From NCBI GenBank assembly GCA_041671225.1, contig JBAZBY010000001.1, positions 690,060 through 754,059 of the forward strand: a stretch of 64,000 nucleotides of DNA, given 5' to 3'. Source of the stretch: Patescibacteria group bacterium. Lineage in GTDB: Bacteria > Patescibacteriota > Patescibacteriia > JBAZBY01. Position numbers and translations under genes: made by a program. The notes beneath the pieces are model-generated. The model made no database searches. It worked only from the letters and a program-made list of their open reading frames with translations, and was not told the DNA's origin. Shown here in pieces: positions 18,865 through 26,684 of the stretch (the first letter of the stretch is position 1; each line of letters begins with the position of its first letter).

Positions 18865-19283
18865 GGATCAAGAATAGCATACAATGACCACTTTTGTAGG
18901 CGGCGTGAAAGTCCATTTTCTTTCTTTAGGTATGCCAAAAAACCCTTCCAAGCGTGTCGAGAGGGTTCCAATTTTCTGTACGTATTGTGACGGATCCGTG
19001 GCCGTGAATGTCTGAGGCCGGACGCTTCGCGCAACGCGCGTACAAAACTGATATCGGTGTGTTTTCGTTTTCTGCTGCTTCCTGCCCCCTATATCGGGGT
19101 GCATTTCATGACTTTTGTGAAGCAGGTTCGAAAATTGAGCAATACTTGACGAAAGGAGCATACAGCACATGATCGCTTCTGTCAAGAGTGTACGGAAATA
19201 CTGACTGGCTCCCCTGGGCTGATTATCTTCGAACGTGGGCGAAGGGATTGATCCTAAAGACTGGCCGCGATTTCCTCCTGAAC

Positions 19284-19877
19284 CTAGGCTGAGGGTATGG
19301 TTCCGCCCGAAGTCAACGGGGAGACGAAACTCTCAAAGTCAGGGGGTGTGAAGTCAGGGGGTGTTTGAAGAAGGATGTACAGGACTGCGTTCTCTCTTAG
19401 GAACCACAGTTCCCAGAGCTTCTCATCTGCAACTTCTGATCCCTCCTCTCCTCGACTCTCGATGAACTCGCCACTCCCCAAGGCGCTATGAATGTCGCCA
19501 CTGCTTTCGGGCTGGTTGCCCGTATGGAGAACGCGCACAGCCTCCTGGTAGTACGTCTCTGCCTTGCCTTTATCCACGAAGAGGAACGCGGACTGCGTTA
19601 GCGTGAATGCCTTCGAGTCGTTGACGAGTGCAGAAGGCTCATACTGGCTGGTCATCCCCCTCTCGGGCGCGTAGGAATCGACATACTCAGCGCTCCCTTC
19701 CTCATGGAAGAGCCCCAGGGAGGTGGGGAGGTCTGTATTCTTCATAGGAAGCTCTGCTAGCTGAGCAATGGTGATCATTGATCCACTCGGGCGATGCCCG
19801 TAGCCGGCCACCGCGAAACCCACCGCTAGCAAGAGGCAACAACTTGCAACAACAATGTGAACACGACGGACCCGCAT
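19284..19877 (-). CDS. hypothetical exported/membrane-anchored protein
   Basis: N-terminal signal anchor 'VVASCCLLLAVGFAVAG'; no known motif. Confidence 0.5.
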   Translation of the reverse strand: MRVRRVHIVVASCCLLLAVGFAVAGYGHRPSGSMITIAQLAELPMKNTDLPTSLGLFHEEGSAEYVDSYAPERGMTSQYEPSALVNDSKAFTLTQSAFLFVDKGKAETYYQEAVRVLHTGNQPESSGDIHSALGSGEFIESRGEEGSEVADEKLWELWFLRENAVLYILLQTPPDFTPPDFESFVSPLTSGGTIPSA

Positions 19878-20160
19878 ATAAATTGAGTGATTCGGGATCG
19901 CTGGGCAAGAAGCTCTTCAGTCGGAAGGACCTTCCGGAGCGCTACAACTTGTACCAGTTGATAGTCGGGTTGATCTGGTAATGCCCTCCGTTGTATGTGA
20001 TGTAATAGGAACCCGTTTGCTTCGTCTGATGATCTGAGCGAATGCAGATCACTCGTGTAAAATATTGGCGGAAAATTCCAGAAATATGGACTGGCTCGGC
20101 ATAGTGGACGCTATTGGAACTTTATTGTCCCAAACAGAATCCTTGCGTTATTTATGTGAC

Positions 20161-20901
20161 TTACCCTGACAAAGGCTGATAGTTTGATAACTTGTTCTGC
20201 CATTGGATCAATAAATCTTCCAGATCGTTTTCTAGGAATGTCGTTGGTGAAACTATTCGAAACTCCACAGTCATATTTGATGTGAGAACATATACAATCC
20301 AGTGAGTACTGTTGAAACTCGCGTCATATTCATTCACATATGGATCAGTGTCGTAATAACTCGCATTGCCAATATCTTCAAAACTGCCTTCTAATGAATC
20401 CGGATCATTGAATAAGAGTGAGGCACCAGTCACTTCTATATTGTAATATTTTGCTGCTTTTTCAGTATCTTCCAGTATTGCTATGGTCATCCCGAAAGTA
20501 AAGTCATCAGGGCCAGCATTGGCTGACATTACCTGTTGCGGAGTGTACATATAGATGTTTCCAAAAAACGAATCACCGATAGTGGCTTCTGCGACTTCAT
20601 AAAATGTGTTTTTCTTGTATGGTCCGTAGGCGGTTGGTAAATCATCTTCGGTCAGCATAATTGCTTCACCATTTCCATTGTATATTCCTGGATCACCTTC
20701 TGCGGGCGGGATGACTTTTCCTAATTCAGAAGAAGCCTCATCATTTGTATTTCCGGTTCCATTATCTTGACCTGTCGTTGAAGTGTCGGATTCCTCGCCG
20801 TTCGAAAGCATCACAATATAAATCAATGCACCAACACCAATAATAACAACCGCAAGCAAGAGTATGAGATATATTTTTGCAAGCCCTTGTTGTTTTTTCA
20901 T
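20161..20901 (-). CDS. hypothetical membrane-anchored exported protein (ATG at 20901; GTG at 20907 also possible)
   Basis: signal anchor 'IYLILLLAVVIIGVGALIYIV'; acidic, Asn/Asp/Tyr-rich; AT-rich codon usage distinct from its neighbours. Confidence 0.5.
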   Translation of the reverse strand: MKKQQGLAKIYLILLLAVVIIGVGALIYIVMLSNGEESDTSTTGQDNGTGNTNDEASSELGKVIPPAEGDPGIYNGNGEAIMLTEDDLPTAYGPYKKNTFYEVAEATIGDSFFGNIYMYTPQQVMSANAGPDDFTFGMTIAILEDTEKAAKYYNIEVTGASLLFNDPDSLEGSFEDIGNASYYDTDPYVNEYDASFNSTHWIVYVLTSNMTVEFRIVSPTTFLENDLEDLLIQWQNKLSNYQPLSG

Positions 20902-21146
20902 ATCCACTAATTACTATTTATTTCTTCAGTCTATCACAAAACCACCGCGTCAGCGATGATGCTTTGATGGCTCGGGGACAACTTGTCCGCCTCTGGCGGA
21001 GGGATTTATCGCCTCGCCCCGCGCCTAGCGGTGCTCGTTGTCCGGGGCAGCAGTGAACGCTGCGCCAGCTCGCGTTCCCTGATCGCTCGCCGTCGCCACG
21101 CCTTCGGCAAGTGGCTTGGCTCGCTTCTGCCCGGTTCGAATCCTCC

Positions 21147-21192
21147 ATAAACAAAAAAGGTTCTGCCGCCCGCAGACGGGCGCCAAAACCTT
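21147..21192. terminator. bidirectional hairpin flanked by an A-run and a T-run, immediately 3' of tRNA-Gln
   Basis: aaaaaaggttctgccgcccgcagacgggcgccaaaaccttttt. Confidence 0.4.
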
Positions 21193-21194
21193 TT

Positions 21195-21268
21195 TGGCTC
21201 GGGGACAGGGATTCGAACCCCAATTACTGGGACCAGAACCCAGCGTCCTACCATTAGACGATCCCCGA
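21195..21268 (-). tRNA. tRNA-Gln (anticodon CUG), CCA encoded
   Basis: manual cloverleaf: acceptor UCGGGGA/UCCCCGA with U1-A72 and G73 (Gln identity elements), D-stem GUCU/GGAC, anticodon stem CUGGG/CCCAG with loop UUCUGGU, T-arm GGGGUUCGAAUCCC. Confidence 0.8.
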
Positions 21269-21330
21269 ATAATGGATGAATGACAAAAGAGAGGCTACAC
21301 CATCTTCTACTATTGGTCAACCACCATTTC

Positions 21331-21358
21331 TTGACATATTGTAAGGAAGTTGTAATGT
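21331..21358 (+). promoter_or_regulatory. sigma70-like promoter: TTGACA, 16-nt spacer, TAATGT
   Basis: upstream of the HU-like gene. Confidence 0.35.
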
Positions 21359-21428
21359 CCTCCTCACTGGAGTGGGGCCTACATTGAGCCCTTTGTTTCA
21401 TCTCTTGCATTGGAGAAGGAGGAGTTCC

Positions 21429-22148
21429 ATGGGAGACACTTCTACGGTCCAGAAACGGCCGATCGTCGGCAAGGAAGTGCTTGCGAGGGCGATCTGCGAG
21501 CAGTTCAAGGATGACGCGGCCCCGATGCATCTGCCCGAGGCACGCATGATGGTCGATACCGTACTCGGCGCCGTCGAGCAGCAGCTCGTTGCGGGCAACG
21601 ACATCCGGTTCATCGGGCTCGGCATCATCGAGGTGAAGGATGGCGTTCCGCAGTTCCGCCCGGCAGACGCTCTGCAGGCGGCCATCATCGCTGCTACGAA
21701 CCCGCCGCCGGCCAAGGACGGAGACGCCAAGGAGCCGGCCAAGGACGGAGACGCCGAACAGCCCGTCGGCGAGGGCACCACCGAGACCGAGGGGGACGGA
21801 GCACCCGCCACGGAGACCGAGCCAGTGACCGCCGAGTCCAACGCCGATCCTCCCGCGGAGGAGGTGGCCGGCAGTGAGGAGGACGGCACTGCCGAGCCCG
21901 CTGCCAGCGAGCCCGAGGCTGCCGGCGAAGGGGAACCGCCTACCGATCCGCCTGAGGAGGCTGCGCCCGCTGAGGAATCCGCCTCCGAGGATGGAGACGC
22001 CGAACCCGCTGCCAGCGAGCCCGTCGCCGGCGAAATCGTGGACCCGGGTAGCCAGGCGCCAGCGATTCAGGTCGGTGCCAAGGACACCCCCGTCGAGGTC
22101 GGCGAGAAGGCGCAGGCAGTCGGCGCCACCGAGGGCGCTGAGAGCTAG
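21429..22148 (+). CDS. HU/IHF-fold-like protein with a long acidic Pro/Ala/Glu-rich C-terminal tail
   Basis: strong SD GGAGAAGGAGGAG before the ATG at 21429; N-terminal about 90 aa align loosely to the HU dimerisation core ('AGNDIRFIGLGIIEVKD'); the beta-arm is not conserved; tail has repeats such as PAKDGDAKEPAKDGDAEQP. Confidence 0.5.
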   Translation: MGDTSTVQKRPIVGKEVLARAICEQFKDDAAPMHLPEARMMVDTVLGAVEQQLVAGNDIRFIGLGIIEVKDGVPQFRPADALQAAIIAATNPPPAKDGDAKEPAKDGDAEQPVGEGTTETEGDGAPATETEPVTAESNADPPAEEVAGSEEDGTAEPAASEPEAAGEGEPPTDPPEEAAPAEESASEDGDAEPAASEPVAGEIVDPGSQAPAIQVGAKDTPVEVGEKAQAVGATEGAES

Positions 22149-22173
22149 ATCCGCATGTTCTGAGTTCGTTTCG

Positions 22174-22210
22174 GTCGGAACCTCCCCGTGGGGTTCCGGC
22201 CGTTTTTCTC
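22174..22210 (+). terminator. rho-independent terminator (cggaacctcccc/ggggttccg + TTTTTCT)
   Basis: directly after the HU-like stop. Confidence 0.55.
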
Positions 22211-22394
22211 ATGTCATAAATTATGTTATTCTTTCTTTATGGAAGTCACGGGTAATCAAATTTTTGGCGTTATCATCGCGTTAGTACTTCTTGGTATTGT
22301 TTATTTATACACATACAAGAAGTGGTAGGGGATAGGCGCGTGTCCCACTCTCAAGTGAATCCCCGTGAGGGGATTTTTTATTTGTACAAAACTC

Positions 22395-22422
22395 TTGACG
22401 CGCTTGTTCACGGTGCTACAAT
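22395..22422 (+). promoter_or_regulatory. strong sigma70-like promoter: TTGACG, 16-nt spacer, TACAAT
   Basis: would start a roughly 460-nt leader containing GCCGTCGC repeats and the 74-nt element before the gene at 22888. Confidence 0.5.
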
Positions 22423-22591
22423 GAAGTTACAAAAGAGCCGTCGCAGATAATCAGCGCCGTCGCAAAAAAAGAAAACGTTCGCTCGTTACATTACACAGGG
22501 GATAAAACACTGGAGTTTTTCTTTGTTACACGTGCGCCGTCGCGAGGCGAGCGCCGTCGCAAAAAAAGTGGATAACCTCCTTGTTCGTGAC

Positions 22592-22665
22592 CTGGCCAGC
22601 ATTGCGTTTCCGTTCTTAACCATTTTCCGCCACCAAAATGGGTCTCTCGGAATCACACTGGCCAG
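22592..22665. repeat. 74-nt element bounded by palindromic CTGGCCAG octamers with an internal hairpin CCATTTT-ccgccacc-AAAATGG, copy a
   Basis: about 50-nt core near-identical to the copy at 23821-23896. Confidence 0.7.
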
Positions 22666-22887
22666 ATCAGGGATGAGGAAGTGCCTCGTCTCGATTGCTC
22701 CAATGTGGAGCAAAGGCGGCACGCACCTTAACAAGCGTGAATAAAGGCTAGACGATACCGTTCAATCCACATAATTGATGCGCGGTTTGGACTCGCGCAT
22801 CCTTCTGGTTCCACATGTTCCGGCAAACTGTACTCCCGTACAGCAAGAGGAGGACGGACCACTTGCAGTAAAACAAAGGAGCATCAC

Positions 22888-23292
22888 ATGCTAACATCCC
22901 CAGCTCCTATCGTTCTCGCAATTCCTGACATACAGCCCGAAGTCCGTTCCACGATCGTCGAACACATCGCGCGGGAAGAGCATGTCAATAAGGAGCGCGC
23001 AGGACGCATCTTCGATGCGCTTCTGCATGTCTTCGCCTTGGCGATGTGCTTCCAGCACAAAGTGTTTCCGCTTGCGCCGAGCATCGGAAGAGCGGAAACG
23101 ACGTTCCAGCAGTTCCCCGTTGCATACCAGGCGTATTGCAGAGCGCTTGGACCAAAGCCGGTGAGGGTGAGAACTGGTTCCTATGAGACCAGCGAGCCCA
23201 GCCCGTTCTTTGGTCCCGAGTACACGATCCAGTTCATGATCGCCAACGGCATCGTTTTCGACGAGGACGTCTGGCGTGAGAAAAAGGAGTAG
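22888..23292 (+). CDS. hypothetical protein, paralog 1 of a tandem pair (134 aa)
   Basis: SD AAGGAG; shares 'R.GR.FDAL.H..A.A..F' and 'F..A..EY..C..LG' blocks with the next gene; no known family. Confidence 0.6.
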   Translation: MLTSPAPIVLAIPDIQPEVRSTIVEHIAREEHVNKERAGRIFDALLHVFALAMCFQHKVFPLAPSIGRAETTFQQFPVAYQAYCRALGPKPVRVRTGSYETSEPSPFFGPEYTIQFMIANGIVFDEDVWREKKE

Positions 23293-23298
23293 AGCGCC

Positions 23299-23724
23299 AT
23301 GCAGACGCCACTTTCGCTGAAACCCCCAGTGGCCATCACTGTCCCGGCGGTGGCCTGGCCCTTCCGTGACGAGCTCATCGACGTGTTCGCAACCCAGGAG
23401 CGCATCTCCCGTTCTCGTTCTACCCGTGTCATCGACGCACTCTTCCACTTCCTTGCTGTGGCCGCGACGTTCCGGGGGCGAAACCTCAGACCCGCGGATG
23501 AGATCTCCGCAGCGTGGATGCTCTTCGTCGCATATACAAAGGAGTACACCGAGTTCTGCGACGAGCTCGGCGGCTACATCCACTTCCGGCCCGCTACCAG
23601 TCCCCGTACCATCGCAACCACCACGCCGGCGGATGCGATCAACCTCATGGAGAAGTTCGAGATCCCGTTCAACAAGATGGTGTGGATGCCGGAGTGCGTA
23701 TCTCCGGAGACGGTCAAGTCCTGA
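23299..23724 (+). CDS. hypothetical protein, paralog 2 of the tandem pair (141 aa)
   Basis: SD AAAAAGGAG; paralogous to 22888-23292. Confidence 0.6.
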   Translation: MQTPLSLKPPVAITVPAVAWPFRDELIDVFATQERISRSRSTRVIDALFHFLAVAATFRGRNLRPADEISAAWMLFVAYTKEYTEFCDELGGYIHFRPATSPRTIATTTPADAINLMEKFEIPFNKMVWMPECVSPETVKS

Positions 23725-23820
23725 TTCACGCAGATAGAGAACAGTAGAGGCTTCGGCCTTTATTGACATAATGGGGAGTGGTGGCGCTGGTGGCTGCTAC
23801 TCCCCGACCTTTTTCGCGAT

Positions 23821-23896
23821 CTGGTCAGCGCATTGTTTCCGTTCTTAACCATTTTCCGCCACCAAAATGGGTCTCTCGGAAGCAGTTCCTGGCCAG
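23821..23896. repeat. 74-nt CTGGYCAG-bounded element, copy b
   Basis: see copy a. Confidence 0.7.
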
Positions 23897-24048
23897 GTCG
23901 GGGGAAAGGAACAGTAACGTTACCCCGATGCCTATTTTCTTTTTTGGGGGCATTATTTTCACCGCATGTTTTATGTTCATCTTCAGCAAGAGACGACGCA
24001 TGAAAAAGCCGAATTCACAATATACGATTTTCATCTGGTGATTTCTTG

Positions 24049-24130
24049 CTTCCCGTCTGGTGGCAACCGGGAGGCCGGAAACTCGTCCAGCTTCTAGCTC
24101 AAGGTGGCTCGCACCTTACATCGGTCGCAG
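24049..24130. promoter_or_regulatory. conserved upstream box (family copy 1): tggcaaccgggaggccggaaactcgtccagcttctagctcaaggtggctcgcaccttacatcggtcg
   Basis: about 80 percent identical over about 70 nt to 33301-33370; partial copies at 36149-36190 and 22718-22745; always 90-220 nt upstream of a start codon. Confidence 0.4.
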
Positions 24131-24160
24131 ACACGCGGCCACAGATAGAGGAGGTACGCA

Positions 24161-24820
24161 ATGTACCGCATACGAAACACGTGGAGTGTTGCGACGTGTT
24201 GGGTCGCGATCCTCTGCATGCTTACCATCCCGTTGCTCTCCGGGTGCTCAGAGGACCACGCGCAGGTCATTGCTCCGCCGCAGGAGCAGACCGCGCCCTC
24301 GGTGCCGGATCAGTACGCACAGTATGAGGCCCAGGGAACGCTGATCCAGCAGTGGATCGATCGCATGGACCCGTACGTCACGCAGAACGCCGACGGCACG
24401 TTCGTCTGCGACTGGCAGGCGTTTCAGCAGGATCTCGCGCGCACCAATCCCCAGATTGCGCTGGCTCTCAACGGCGCCGCCACTCCGGGCAAGGACGCCA
24501 AGGTGATCGTGGAACTGCGCGACGGAATTCCCATCGCCAACAAGGCGCTCAAGGAGCAGCCCGAGGGCATGACGCAGACCGCGTCCACGCGTTGCTACTG
24601 GCGCTGGTGGGGTCGCACCTGCTGCTACACCGGCTGGGATGCTGAAGTTGCCGTATGGACCAATGCCGCCGCGGCTGTCGTGGCGGGCATCGCCGGAGGT
24701 CCGATCGGCGCGGGGGTGGTCGCCTACATCGCGTGGGTAGCTGAACGTCTCACCGATCAGTGTGGTGGGTTCTGCATCAACGCAACGTGGGTTGGCGGCT
24801 TCTGGCTTACCTGTCCGTAG
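24161..24820 (+). CDS. lipoprotein with a Cys/Trp/Gly-rich hydrophobic C-terminal region
   Basis: lipobox 'LLSGC'; C-terminus 'CYWRWWGRTCCYTGW...AAAAVVAGIAGGPIGAGVVAYIAWVA...DQCGGFCINATWVGGFWLTCP', reminiscent of Gly-rich bacteriocin-like peptides. Confidence 0.6.
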   Translation: MYRIRNTWSVATCWVAILCMLTIPLLSGCSEDHAQVIAPPQEQTAPSVPDQYAQYEAQGTLIQQWIDRMDPYVTQNADGTFVCDWQAFQQDLARTNPQIALALNGAATPGKDAKVIVELRDGIPIANKALKEQPEGMTQTASTRCYWRWWGRTCCYTGWDAEVAVWTNAAAAVVAGIAGGPIGAGVVAYIAWVAERLTDQCGGFCINATWVGGFWLTCP

Positions 24821-24906
24821 CTTCGCGCTACACCTCTCTCACGTGCTCGGCGGGCCTCAGGTCTCTCCCGCCGAGCACAATTTTCTCCATTTGCTATCAT
24901 ACATTT

Positions 24907-25206
24907 ATGAACATCACGACAGATATCCTTCCATTCTATATTCTTTTGCTCGCGTTTGCGCCGGCCATAAACCTCCTTGCGCTGTATTTTGTCTTGCGGC
25001 GCAAAGCAAAATTTCAGGATCCAAAACAGGCAGTATTGGAGTTTGTCCGCATTCTTTTTGGTTATGCCATCTACACTGCGCTCATCTTGAATATCATCTT
25101 CCAGTATATGGATTTTCTCTGGTTCATTGCCGTGTATGTCGTCTTACTTGTCCTATGGTATCTCACGGAGCGCATGATCCGGGCGAAGTACGGTATTAAG
25201 GAATAA
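24907..25206 (+). CDS. small 3-TM membrane protein (99 aa)
   Basis: ATG at 24907 (the ORF-track start at 24760 overlaps the preceding gene); hydrophobic helices. Confidence 0.5.
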   Translation: MNITTDILPFYILLLAFAPAINLLALYFVLRRKAKFQDPKQAVLEFVRILFGYAIYTALILNIIFQYMDFLWFIAVYVVLLVLWYLTERMIRAKYGIKE

Positions 25207-25260
25207 TTTTCGAATTCCCCTTAGGAAGAGGAGACCCGCTGGCGGCAGGAAAGGAACAGT

Positions 25261-25665
25261 ATGGACGTGAACAAAGTCACGCTCATCGGGAATCTGGTGC
25301 GGGACCCCGAAGCAAAAGAGACCAAAGGCGGAAACTCCCTTGCAACGTTCAGCGTTGCAACAAACCGCGCATGGCGGGATGCGGAGTCAAAAGAGAAGAA
25401 AGAGGCGGTGGAGTATCACAACGTGATTGCCTGGGGCAGGCTCGCGGAGATCATCAGCGAGTATGTGAAGAAGGGCAATAAAGTGTATGTGGAAGGCCGT
25501 CTGGCCAACCGCAGCTTTGAAGGCAAGGACGGTAAGAAGCGGTATTACACCGATGTGGTTGCAAGCAACCTCATCATGTTGACGCGTAAGCCCGCGGTGA
25601 AGGAGGACACTCCTGCAGCCATGGCGCCTGAAGAAGTGAACGTCGAGGAAGTCGTCGTCGCATAG
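25261..25665 (+). CDS. ssb: single-stranded DNA-binding protein
   Basis: OB-fold 'VTLIGNLVRDPE...TFSVATNRAW...HNVIAWGRLAE...VYVEGRL'; short acidic tail 'EEVVVA'. Confidence 0.85.
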   Translation: MDVNKVTLIGNLVRDPEAKETKGGNSLATFSVATNRAWRDAESKEKKEAVEYHNVIAWGRLAEIISEYVKKGNKVYVEGRLANRSFEGKDGKKRYYTDVVASNLIMLTRKPAVKEDTPAAMAPEEVNVEEVVVA

Positions 25666-25680
25666 AGCGAAACGCAGACG

Positions 25681-25714
25681 AAGGAGCAGCCACGCGGCTG
25701 CTCCTTCCTTCTTC
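25681..25714 (+). terminator. hairpin aaggagcagcc/ggctgctcctt + CCTTCTT after ssb
   Basis: 11-bp stem, 4-nt loop. Confidence 0.5.
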
Positions 25715-25739
25715 AGCGCAACTCCTCTACACTGCATTC

Positions 25740-26630
25740 ATGAAGCGGCTTATTCTCTCTGGGGTATTTTGTGCAGCATTTCTTCTCGGTATCGGGGTTG
25801 CATGGATGCAATGGCGCAGTGTTGAAGACGATGCAATACCGGTTGTTGAACCCTTCACGTATATGTCCCCATGGGTGCCGTATGATGCATATGAAACGCT
25901 GTATCGCACCCAGGTGCAGGAGACAACGCCGGTGGCAACGTATGTTCCGGCTGCCATTGTCAATCATCATCTCCTTGCGTCGGATCTCATCACAAAAACT
26001 CTTGCCGCGCTTTCCACACAGCATCCGTCGGTGATTGTCTTACTTGCTCCGGATCATTTTTCCAAAAGTACAACGCCCCTCTCCACATCGTTGTTTTCCT
26101 GGCATACTGAAGTCGGGGATCTCTCTGTTGCTACCGTACTCGCGGAGCGTCTTGCGGAGGACGATGCGCTTTCCATAAATCCGAATGCATTGGATCATGA
26201 GCACGGCATTGGCAACATCACCACATTCCTCGCAAATGTATTTCCCGGTACGCCCTTCATTCCGGTTATCGTCAGTGAGCATGCAAGCGTTGCGGCAATG
26301 GATGAGTTTGCACAGCGCCTGGATCTCTTACTCCCTGTAGATGCGCTTGTGCTCGGTTCGTTCGATTTCTCTCACGGCAAAACACTTGTGGTGCAACAGG
26401 AGAATGATGCAGTGAGTACAGAAGTTCTTGGGCGCCTTGCCGCAGAGGAGACGAGCGAGCTTGATGTTGATTCCCGCAATGGACTCCGCATGCTGCTGCA
26501 GTTTGCCAGGTTCCGCAACGCTGGCATCTTTGCCCCCATCGGTCATTCCAGCTCAGCCGCGCGCATGAATGATCCGGAAACCACGGAGAACACCAGCTAC
26601 ATCACAGGATATTTCACGGCAGCACCGTAG
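25740..26630 (+). CDS. Memo-like / AmmeMemoRadiSam system protein B family
   Basis: 'LLAPDHFSKST' and 'LDHEHGIGN' motifs resembling the MEMO1 'GPSH' and 'HSHEHS' metal-binding blocks; N-terminal TM anchor. Confidence 0.6.
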   Translation: MKRLILSGVFCAAFLLGIGVAWMQWRSVEDDAIPVVEPFTYMSPWVPYDAYETLYRTQVQETTPVATYVPAAIVNHHLLASDLITKTLAALSTQHPSVIVLLAPDHFSKSTTPLSTSLFSWHTEVGDLSVATVLAERLAEDDALSINPNALDHEHGIGNITTFLANVFPGTPFIPVIVSEHASVAAMDEFAQRLDLLLPVDALVLGSFDFSHGKTLVVQQENDAVSTEVLGRLAAEETSELDVDSRNGLRMLLQFARFRNAGIFAPIGHSSSAARMNDPETTENTSYITGYFTAAP

Positions 26631-26684
26631 CTTTGTGCTGTGACGGCTGCGGGTTTATACTAGAAGCACTTAATTTCAAATTTT

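Noticed and set aside
21120-21165. Possible second tRNA on the plus strand, from the GGTTCGAATCC T-loop match at 21136
   Set aside because: No acceptor or T-stem pairing can be drawn (cccgg versus cctcc). Interpreted as a tRNA-derived fragment and discussed as such in the findings.
21006-21530. 174-aa minus-strand ORF overlapping the tRNA-Gln gene and terminator
   Set aside because: It overlaps a tRNA and an intergenic hairpin, and its composition is junk.
22891-23769. 292-aa minus-strand ORF spanning both small paralog genes
   Set aside because: Arg-rich, low-complexity translation typical of antisense reading of GC-rich DNA. The plus-strand genes have SD sequences, tandem paralogy and sensible composition.
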